From Antedon mediterranea (taxonomy: Eukaryota > Animalia > Echinodermata), in assembly GCF_964355755.1 (NCBI RefSeq), contig NC_092679.1:11329432-11393431 (forward strand): a stretch of 64,000 bases of DNA, in the 5' to 3' direction. Position 1 is the stretch's first letter; each line of letters opens with the position of its first letter. The notes under the pieces were generated by a model. That model had not been told where the DNA came from, searched no databases, and worked only from the letters and a program-made list of their open reading frames with translations. Shown here one piece after another: positions 12,253 through 23,500 of the stretch. The translations under genes and the position numbers were made by a program.

Positions 12253-13317
12253 AAATGTCTCTGGGCTGCCGGTCTATTAGTAACAATCGTAGAAACACCA
12301 ACAGCTTATAGTAACACATTTTTTGGCTTTAGCTTAGTACAAAATTACCCAAAAAGAAGAAAACTCAAAATTGACATACTTAGTTTTCGATATGAAAACA
12401 CGGTTAATTTTCAAGAACGTAAGAAATCAAAGTATGTTTTGTTGGTCGAATAAATAAATGAAATGAAATTAAATGAAAGTAAATTGAGTTGAGTTGAGAT
12501 GAAGAGAGAAGTTTGAGAAAATGTTGACTAAACTTTTAATTTAAGTTTGAAGCGTTTCCTTAATCGGTTTAATTGACAAGGGTCATTATCGTACTCAAAT
12601 CGTTGACTGTAACCAGAATTTCCTAGAGTTAAAATGTTAAAGAAATAAATAAAGTTGTGATTGATTTTCGTAAAGGATCTGGGTCTAGCCTAAGCCTAAG
12701 TTTCTACTAAGTGACCCATATTTAGATACTAATAGGCCTACTAAAATGTATGGTTTGGCCTACCAACTCTGTACTGACATGGATCCCATGTGCATAGTCT
12801 CAATTATTTAAAAAAAATACAAGCTTAAATTTTGTTTTATTTTTATTAGGTAAAACAAACGGATTTATCGGTTTATTATTAATCAATTAAACTTACTATT
12901 ACTTCCGTGTTTACAAATCATACGAACGTAAGTACGTATCTTGAATTCAACCAATCAGTCGCTGTCTGAGTTGGCCTTAAGAAGGGCAGCAGAGGAGATA
13001 TCTATGTATTAACTATAGAATGGCACTTCGAAAGTGCATACATCCGCCTACTGAAAATTCTCCTACATAATATAAGATTTCACCGGAAAAACAAAATAAT
13101 TTTTTTGTTATTCTTGAGTCTTAATGCTGTGTGGGATTAGGCTAATTTCACTCCAACCATGTGCATGCGAATTTGGTGTAATGGTTATGTAGCCAGCCTT
13201 TTAACCACTAATAGTTTCAGTTGACTAACAATAGAACAGCAACGCCAAAACAAACGGGTGAATTAAAAATAAATAGGTTTTTTAAAACTACTAGTATAAA
13301 AAAAACAGTAGTCCTAC

Positions 13318-13351
13318 CAGGGAGTTGTTATTAGTTATTAACAACTCCCTG
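13318..13351. mobile_element. 34-bp palindromic remnant with 7-bp TSD (P-like footprint candidate)
   Basis: gtcctac [cagggagttgtta ttagttat taacaactccctg] gtcctac. Confidence 0.65.
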
Positions 13352-14199
13352 GTCCTACATTTAATCAAATGTTTTTAAATAATCACAAAATATAACTTTT
13401 ATCTTTTTAACAAAAATGACGTTTTTTGGACTATTAGTTAGAAAATGCAATTTCAGTTTACATTTATTAATTTAAGACTGCTCGCCGGCTTTTGAAAATT
13501 GTGTCCTATCTTTTAATAGTAGCAGGTTTGAAAAAAATACTAAAAAGTGGTCCAGAATTGGGATACTGGTCCGGATTGACTCCAAAATGTAATGGAGTGG
13601 TGGTCCCTAACCACATATCTATCTGTATTTTCGTTTGGTAAAAAAGATCTTGCAATAACTTTTTGAGTAATCAAACAGGCAGACAAATGCGATCGACTAC
13701 ATATACCTCATTAGCGGAGGTAAATAATGTTATCGTCGTATAAATAGGAGTTGTTTTTTACAGTTCGTTTTCGTGTGGAGAATACATTGTTGATCACATT
13801 GTTAAAGAATTAAACTCTCGATCGAATGTATTGTCTACGTAAACTCAAAAGCTACGATGTTCACAACTTATGGCTCACTTTCTTTAATTCCATATTATGT
13901 GGTGCACTGAGCTAAATGTATAGGCCTACAGATGGAGAGATTATGAGAGGAAATATGGACAGACTGGGCGGATGACAGGGAACATTTTCGCCAGTGTAGC
14001 GTAGCAAAAAGCTATACAAAACAACCTTATTGCTACACATTTTGAAAATTGTGTAGCAAAAAATACAATACAAACTATGTTTCTCGACTTAAAAATCAGT
14101 TTGATTAGCAATATTGCTAAACAAAATTTTTAAATGAAAATTTTCCCTGGATGATAGTTGGCGAGTGTATGCCGACGTTGATATGGTCTACCAGGAGAG

Positions 14200-14473
14200 A
14201 GGGTGAAAATGAAAATTGCTATACAGTAGGCTTATGGCAGATCCATCCCATCCTCAATCCTGCCTCCAGGTTGATTGAACGGAGCGATAGACTTCGGTCA
14301 GCGTCGACACGCACGAACCCATAGAGAAATTCGTTTGTCCCTACTGGGATACAATATTTATAATGAATATTTTCAGAGATCTGTCTTAATTTGTTGTTGT
14401 TTCTTAATTTCATCATTGTATTCTTGAACCGTGTGAATTTCATGTGAAGGATTGAATAAATCTGTATCTGTAT
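14200..14473 (+). mobile_element. 5'-truncated LINE 3' end (L2/CR1-like)
   Basis: Translates HPIL...RLRSASTRTN..RNSFVP (typical LINE ORF2 C-terminus), followed by aataaa and a (tctgta)n tail. Confidence 0.5.
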
Positions 14474-15429
14474 CAACATTGATATGTGTTTTAACTTTTA
14501 ACTTGTTTATTTTTTTCAATTGCAGGACGCCACTGTAATTTTATATTTTAAGACTTGTTATATATATTAATGTTGTGTTTGTACCGACAGACCATATTAA
14601 ACGTTAAGATAAAGTTTCACATTATATTACAGTTCATATTGTACGTACCTCTGCTGAAATGTTACTTTAGGCGTAAATTTCATCCACAACAATTTATTGA
14701 TGGTCCCTATAGGTCTATAATTCTACACTACTCAGCACAATAGTGAAAAATGTGATGCGCCCATATAATTTCTACGATGATATCACTATATTTGTGCATG
14801 GGTCAAACTAGTTATAGAAACTAAGTTATAATACAACTTTAGAACTCAACTATAGGCATGTTTTAATTGCAAATAAATAAATATAGTTTTATGTTTATTT
14901 TTTATTTATTAAATTAAATTATTATTAAGTTAGTCCTAGTCATCGTGGCCCAAATACGTCGTCAGCATCGATTTTTTCATCTTGTAAATTCCATTTTAAA
15001 GTATTGCACAGTCACGAACAATAAAATATAATTAGTAGGAGTAGGACGACCCCATCCCACATGACGACACACCCATCGGTCTCCATGCATTCACACTCTT
15101 TTTTTACCTCTATTCAAACGTGGTAAAGTGAGTTAGGTTCTTTAAAGTTCTGATAATCTGATACAATACAACATGATTACCGTATCACTTATGATATTGT
15201 AATAGTATTCATATGTAGAATAGCTCAATAACCCCTTACAATTCATAGGCCTAATCATATTTTGGTCAAGGGCTTACTAATAGGAATGTAAAGAATGCAT
15301 TTAAGTCGTTTCAATAAAAAAACAACCATGATAATTATAACAAATAACCATTATGAATTCCCGGGTCGTAGAACACTACACTTCTTCTATAATCTCAGCA
15401 CGATATTATAATAAATTGTTGACGTAATA

Positions 15430-16628
15430 TTAAGATGACATGCATGCTGGCTTCTTCATGAAACGACTATACCAGTGCGTTTTATATTTCTTTCTTGGGG
15501 CGAAAATTGCCAACATGGCTTCAGCATAAACATCCTTTAGTCCTTTTTGTGTTAATGCAGAGCATTCGACATAACATTCAGCACCAATCTTTTCGGCTAA
15601 TTTATCCGCTGCTTCCACTGATACCATTTTCTTGTTTTGACGTTGGAGACGAGACTTTGTAAATCCGTCGTCACGAAGATCACTTTGGGTTCCGACTAAT
15701 AAAAATGGAGTGTCCGGGTTATTTTCTTTAAGTTCTTTTACCCACAAGTCTCTGACATTTTCAAATGAATCTGGCTCCACAACCGAGAAGCAAATAAGAA
15801 ATATGTCAGTCATTGGATATGCTAAGATGCGAAGCCGATCGTATTCTTCTTGGCCAGCCGTATCAAATAAACCAAGATTATATATAACGTTATTAATTGA
15901 TACATTCACTGGAAAATAAAATAATTAAGAAAGATGAGCATTGAATTGGAAAAACAGAGAGGACATTTAACAATATCATGTACCATAGCCTACACTCTTG
16001 CATGGTTGTACAAAATAATTAACAAGGCCTATGCCGTGATCGCCGCAACAAACAATTCACTGTACTCATCCCCATACTTCCCTCTATTTTTACTTATACC
16101 ATTTTAAGGACACATTTAATAATGATAATACACCAGTAATATTTTTAATTTTTAGTTACCGTTGGCGAGTTTCATAGGAAAGAAAGAGAGAAGGATCGTG
16201 GCCTCCTCTTCCCTCATCTCGAGCTTGATGTAATCAATTAAGTGGTCTAATCATATAATAATTTAAAACAAGTTCGATAAATGACAGTCGCATGTATGTA
16301 GGCCTATAATTTACGGCTCCATTCGTATTTAAGGAAGGACCGTATAAAAAGGTTTACTATAGTATTTATTAGTAGTTTAATCAGGAAGGTATAAAAATAA
16401 TAATATTTTTATACCTCCCTGGTTTAATGGCCTTCCTGCTTCTCAATACAATATAATATATGCCTAGATATGTATAAAATATGAATCTTAAAACTTTTAC
16501 TTACCCGAGTAATTATCGAAAACAGTGGGTATATGGTCCCGTGGAAATCTGTTTGTAGCATAGCTTATTAACATACACGTTTTTCCGACTCCGCCATCGC
16601 CTATAACAACACATTTCAGATTATTCAT
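15430..16628 (-). CDS. Rho-family small GTPase, Cdc42 subfamily (RhoQ/RhoJ-like), 200 aa, 2 coding exons
   Basis: Exons 16628-16505 and 15908-15430 joined by a phase-1 GT-AG intron (TCG G|TG). Motifs [52 protein letters not shown]; basic tail ending in CAAX-like CMSS. An in-frame upstream ATG at 16802 is possible. Confidence 0.93.
16382..16421. mobile_element. 40-bp palindromic remnant with 7-bp TSD (P-like footprint candidate)
   Basis: gtttaat [caggaaggtataaaaata...tatttttatacctccctg] gtttaat, inside the Rho gene intron. Confidence 0.6.
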
Positions 16629-18452
16629 ATCAAAAAGTAAGAAGTTAATATTTCTTCTTTCTGCTTCACTATTTCCCGCCTGTTGCTCTGTACAGTCTAT
16701 ATCCAAGTGACAGCAAATACCACACGAACAATTGATGACATCATTCAAAATACTGTATTGGGAAAAGTAACCGCGAAAGAACGTACACTCATCTGTGTTC
16801 ATTGAAACATGACATTTGTTCACCAATCACAGCTTGTCATATTTTGAGTGAGATTAATATTTTATTTAGTGTACCGGATATTATTGTTTCCGATGGTTTT
16901 ACACAACAATTATGAAGGAAGCGTGAGTGTATATTATTATCATTGTATTGCACAATCCCACAACACCTTCGCACACACGAATTCAATTTGGTTACTACAG
17001 TACTTATATTGAAATCATAAGGAAGAGCACGCCACCTTATTACAATCTTTTTTCGGTATTTTAGTAGAACTACGTCCCAAAACCGCATACCGAATACAAA
17101 GGAGGTATCTGAAGGACCTATGTTATGCAATAAGGTAAACAAAGATTAAATAAACCACAAAGTCAATAATACTTAACAAAGGAACGTAGGGGTACTCTTG
17201 AAAGTAGGCCTACATAATTGATTAGACTTGCCCAAGTCTGTATTCATTGTCTTTTTTATTTATTTATTTGTTTTTATTTCGATTTTTGTCTGAAAATAAG
17301 TCTGTATTCATTGTCTTTTTTTATTTATTTGTTTTTATTTAGATTTTTGTCTGGAGTATCCAAACACAAGTAGTATACGTATGAAACGCCATATGTGCCA
17401 AAATATTTATCTCTTTACTAATATTAAAACAAAACTCTGTCTGGAACCCAGACTAATTATTTATAAGCAAAAGAGCAACCATTACAAAATTACAATTCAA
17501 TATTGTATTTTGAAAACAATATTATATTAAATTAAATCTTACAATGTTTTGAGTTGGCATTTCATTAATTACTATATAGCCTATAGGGTCTACAAATACG
17601 ATTTTAAACCAATTTGTTAATGTGTTTGTTATTGTTACTACATTTTTTCCCATCGAACTTAAATAACTGTTACTTTTGTATAAGCATATTTGAAATTTGA
17701 TTTGATTATAAATTTGGATATACAGTATTGTATTGTTAATTAACCGTCGAGTATAGATAACATGTTTGAATTGAAGTGAAGTGAATAGAACAACCAAAAA
17801 ACAAATTGTTTTTCTGAAAAAGTGATCAATAAATCATGAAACTCAATTATGTTTATAGGCCTACATAAATATTTTCATTTTACTTAATCTTTCAACTACA
17901 TTGCTGTATTAAATAAATTGAAAAGAAGATGGATGATGACGTTTTGGGATTGGGTGAAAGAAAGTTTTAAAATTTATGTTATTAAAAGTTTTTTTAAGCC
18001 CAGCGCACACTAGGCTGAGCCAACTGCTGACACGAGCAAACAAATTTGCTGCAAACTGTGATCGCATTCTATCGGACGCACACTAAACGCCTTCAGTACG
18101 CGATTACAGTTAACTGAGAGGCATACACAATTTTCGACCCGAAAAAACATTTTTGGCAATCATGAAATATTGATATGTCAAAGAAAAAGGAAATTCAAAT
18201 TAATTAAACAAAATTGAAAGAGATTTAGAAAAAAAGTATAGTACTGTATAGTGTAGTGCAAATTTGTTTTCTCTGCAATTTACTCATCCGAATAAATAAG
18301 ATAAACACTGTATATAACAAAAAACATTTCACAAATTCCAAATCATAAATTTGATCCTCATATATTTATTCTGAATACTGTATTACTTTTGTTTAAATCT
18401 AGTTTATATTTTTTTTTAAATGACAATTATAATGTACACAATTTAAGGTTAA

Positions 18453-18786
18453 AGATGTATTGTTCCCCGAAACATGAAAAATCAAGATTAATTTAAATCA
18501 GACTTTGAATACGTTATTTTGTAGTTTTAATAAAGTTAATCACTTCCATAGAAAAAAAAATGTTTTCACTTATAAAATTACTAAATAAATGGTTAAATTC
18601 AACCAAAAATCCATTGGCTGGCAGCCAATTTGACCATTTTTTGCTTTAAATTACATGTTTTTCAGGTAAATACATTTTTTTTTCGATCCAATATTTGGTC
18701 AAAGTGGATAACTATATGTTACATTGAAATGGAATATTCAACACAAATTTTTTTAAGAATTATTTTTTCAGGGGGACAATACATCT
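18453..18786. mobile_element. Kolobok-like MITE (TTAA TSD)
   Basis: ttaa|AGATGTATTGT...ACAATACATCT|ttaa; same termini as 45276-45824. Confidence 0.7.
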
Positions 18787-20507
18787 TTAAACAACAATAT
18801 ATGCAATTTAAATGTAAAACCAAATACAAATACTGTCAATGTCATTTAAATAAAATTGTAACAATCATTTTAAATGCAATGTTAATAAATAAAATATAGA
18901 AAGATTATTTGACAGCTAAAATTGTATACAAATTAAAAGAGAATATCCACAATATTGCACTGTAATGGGTTACTGTATTTGAAATGCAAAATATTATAAG
19001 CCTCAACAATTAATTTAATTAAAAATTAATTTATTCATTCAATCAATCAATAAGGTATTAATGATCCTGTTATGAGGATCATTATAGTAAAATAGTAAAA
19101 AAAAAAAAATACAATATGAACAAATTCAACGAACAATCAATATATGCACATTTATGAACATTATGAACTTGCACAAATACATTTTTTTCATTATAAAAAG
19201 TGCTCTGATATCTATGTTTTTATTAATACAGTATAACTATAATGTATAATATATAAAAAGAGAAAACAAAACCAACAAGGCAATCCTGCAACGTACATGG
19301 AACAAATTCAACTATCGATTGATAACACAGACAATATATATATATAGTATAATTATGTCACTATATAATATGTTTATATATGTTTACACATGCACATCTA
19401 TAAACATTACTTTGTAATATCATTTACCGGCACCTTTCAATTCACGGCATCTGATTAGTAAATAGTTATTCCCATGCTCTCTCGAACTATACACATTTGC
19501 TATGCAAACTGCTTATGTCAGGCATATACACACAGTGGCGGATCCAGGATTTTGAAATAGGGGGCCCAGGGTCTAAAAAAAAAAATGTTAGGTGCCAAAC
19601 TGAAATATGCTTTGCAATACATTTAGCAAAATTTAGGAAGATCAGGGCCGGCTGCCTGCCTGCCCCCCACCCCAATGAATTGATGACTAAATATCAAATA
19701 TCAAAAAGTTTTAAATTGGTCTTTTTGTGTACAATGTTAGAACTAGTCTAGATATACGCTTTTCATCTCAGTATGATAATTTGACTTTTTTATCATAATT
19801 TTAAGGGTTCATGTGGGTTTTTTTTTCCATTTTATTGACTTGTTTTGTATTCTGTTTTTTTTTATGATGAATAAAAAACAAATAAAGTACGCTTTGGGAA
19901 TATTAGGAAGTTTTCGCAGAAGCACCTAAATTACCCACTCAATTTGTTTTTAATGCGAGTGGTGTACGTTTTGTGCATGACACATGCGTTATGTTCTATA
20001 CTTCAGTCTTGAAGCAAATCAAAATGAACAAGTACACGAACGCCAGTGTTTGCTAAAGTATGTTGTTATGCTAAAGAATAGAATGTTGGCATTAAAGTGA
20101 ACATTTACGTGCTAGTGCGAAAACTCCCTATTAATTGCATAGCGGCAAGGGAAGAATTATCAAATGCAGTATAAAGTTCAAATAGTTACACAAGCACAGA
20201 GGAAAGGAGATAGGAAAATTGGTGAGGACATCAGTAAAGTGCTACAATGAGAGAAGATGAGAACAGATGATTACCATGATAACAATGATTCTTGACTTGA
20301 CATTCAAGTGGTAAAAATAATAGTTTAATAGGAAAGTGAAAAATGTTTAGAGCTGCCATTGCACTAATTTGACAGTTGTACTTGACAAATTATTACACTA
20401 TTTGTATCACCTTTTGGCCTAATTATTGAAGAGAATTTTGCTAATTCCAAAAAGACAAACATGTTTATTAATGACAGTAAGATAAACTATTGTCAATGTA
20501 CAAGTAT

Positions 20508-23500
20508 CTAGGAATTGTAACCATAATACTGCTCTTGTACATCTTTAGACACCTTCTTCTTTTTCAGATAGGCAAGCTTGCCTTTGCTGCTAACCATACT
20601 CTCCAAAGTCGGCTTGGCACTGCTGTATACTGGGCTCTTTGTCTGTGAAGAAACAATGCTAACATAGTAACTATTTTTTATTTATTTATTTTGTAGCCAA
20701 TGTTCGATATTTTCAGTGACTAGGGGCTAATTTGATCAGGGAAGTATAAAATTAATTTTACTTTTACCAGATTCGATTGATATCTCTATCTCAAATATAA
20801 TTATAACACTTTTAATAGTTCGTAATATATAACATCTAAATAAATTCCTGTCATTTGATTGGACGATTGTTGGTCACATGGCGTGCAATAGTACACATTT
20901 TTCATTTTTTGGTAAATGAAAAAAAAAATCTGTTCGTTTGGAAATTTTTGTAAAGACCATTACTTTAGAAATCCAATGATGATACAATGTGTATCATGAC
21001 GAAAGTACATTTCAGACCAAATAAAAGCATTTAAATTAGCTTTAGATCATTTTTATGATTTTGATTAATTAATGGGAAAATCTCTACAAGACATGAAAAT
21101 GGAATGGAAATAACAGAATTAGCCTAGGTCAGTGCCAGTTGCCTGTCAAAGTTTCGTAATGCATTTAGAAATAGCCTAAAAAAACATATTTACCTGAGGT
21201 CCAGCATAAACAGCTGAAAAATTTGCAAAGCTTCCTACAGCTTCATAATCTTTGGTCTTGGCACAAGTTCGCCGAAACAAAGCATTTGTCTTTTGTCTTC
21301 AATCAAAACACATAACCATAATGATTAATTTTTCAAAAAATAAATAAAATGAGAAATATGTCATTAATAAGTAAATATTTTTCCCATCATATAAAACATT
21401 TCTGAGGTGGTTGATCTAATTTATAGAAGAACATTTAATGTGATTACTATCTATCACATTAAATATATATAAAGATAATTGTAGTTATTATTATTACCGT
21501 ATATACATTTGTAGCTACAAGTAAAACAATCTTACATGTTTATGCGTGCTAGCGTGGAATTTTTATCACTGGATAACTTGGAAGATATCTGTAATGCTGC
21601 GGTACCAGCAACAGTAATATCCACATTCTAAAAAATGAAGTAGAAATATGAATGGAGTTGGAATCATTAAAGGCCAGGTGTGGGCAAAAAATTTCTATTG
21701 ATCATACATTCCAATAATTATCGATCTATAGTTTCCCCTATGTTTCATAATTTTTTGGGATTTTATTTGTGTTACACAAGCTTGTTTAAAATAAGCACTT
21801 TCTTATCAGTGGGGGGATAGTTCAAATTACACAGTAAAATCTCTATTCTTTTGTACACAAATTTTGTAAATAGAGAGGCATTTTAAAAAGCTATGAAAAA
21901 TAAACGGTGTGGTAAAAAGTGTTATCAGATGACTAAATATAGGTAATATAACTTGAATTTTACATTTCTGGTATTTTTATTCAACTTTAGATTTTTATTT
22001 TCATGCTATAGCCAAAATTATCCACCGTATACCCACTATCTTTTTTCACCTTCTAGGGAGTCACCAGACATGTTTTATATTAGGTTAAATTACCTAACTA
22101 CTACTTCCTGGTTTTTATGGCAGAATTTTGCCAAATTTTGTATTTGACCAAAATTCATGTTTTTTTGTCTTGATTTCTGTTACAAATATTTGATTTATGT
22201 ACAATTAACCAGAGATTATATTTAAAATTCATGCCTGTACCTGAGCTTTAATCTAGGGCTATAACCAAAGAAGAAAATAAAAACATTAATAGTTCTGTTC
22301 ACATTACATATTCTGTTCTGATATTATTAACAATTGAAATATTATATATTAAAAAAAAAATGTTTCAGAACTATCATTCAAGATAAAATGAGAATATAAA
22401 AAGTATTATATGCCAATTAATGACAGGAAATACAAAACAATGCGTATCCGGATATTCACCCCCTGGACATTTACCCCCGGACAACTACCCCCCGGACAAC
22501 CACCACCTGGACCACTACCCCCTTAGGACAACTACCCCTTTAGGACAACTACCCCCCGGACAACTACCCCCTTAGGACAACAACCCCCTTAGGACAACTA
22601 CCCCCTGGACAATTACCCCCTAGGAACAATTACCCCCTAGGAACAATTACCACCCGGACAATTACCACCCAGAAAACTATCCCTTTAGAACACCCTAACC
22701 ACCCAGACCATTCAACAACCTGACTCTGCAACTATTAATTAATAACTATATTTTAATTCGTTACTTTGACGAATTACTATTCATTATTGTAAACAAGAGT
22801 AAAAGATTGAACATAAATATAGCCTGGTGGTATAAACTGAAGATTGTCACACATGATCATAGGATAGTCGAACGTATTATATAGTACTCCATGTATTTAC
22901 TGTAAAGACTGGGTTCGCTAATAATAATAATAATTTTTGCGTCAGGAAAATGCTTCGATAACCACTGGTCTTAAAAGAATTAATTTTTGTCTCAAATTTG
23001 TCATATATGTATTTTTGTACACTTGAAGAATAATATCACTTTTGATATTTGACCTCAATGTTCACTCACCGAATAAACGTCGATCTTTAAATAAATTCCC
23101 CTCAAATAAACGGTGACCATGTCACTCCCATGAAACATCATATGGAATAATCGGCGTCTATTTCCATTAGATTATACCCCCTCCCATTGAATAAACAACT
23201 TTCTTCCAATAAATGTCCACCTAAAAACCACCTAAACAATAAACAGCCCAGGCCGTTTTTTCAATAAATACGGTACTTTAAATCTAGCACATCTAGGGTC
23301 TAGCGTGCTGTTAAACAGAATAATCGGTTAAAAACGGGTGTTTCGAAACTAGAGACCCGAGACCAGAGACCCAATACGAAAAGGGAGACCTAAATATACG
23401 AAAAGGGAGACCCACGTACGAAAAGGGAGACCCCACTATACGAAAAGGGAGACCCCACTATACGAAAAGGGAGACCCTAATATACGAAAAGGGAGACCTA

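Larger units (their letters stand above)
6792..12276. mobile_element. Palindromic non-autonomous DNA transposon (Academ-like termini) with a Penelope-like element inserted at its centre
   Basis: Inverted arms 6792-8146 and 10893-12276, near-identical distally; termini TAGACCGGCAGCCC / GGGCTGCCGGTCTA; tta on both flanks (6789-6791, 12277-12279). Superfamily inferred from termini and 3-bp TSD only. Confidence 0.75.
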
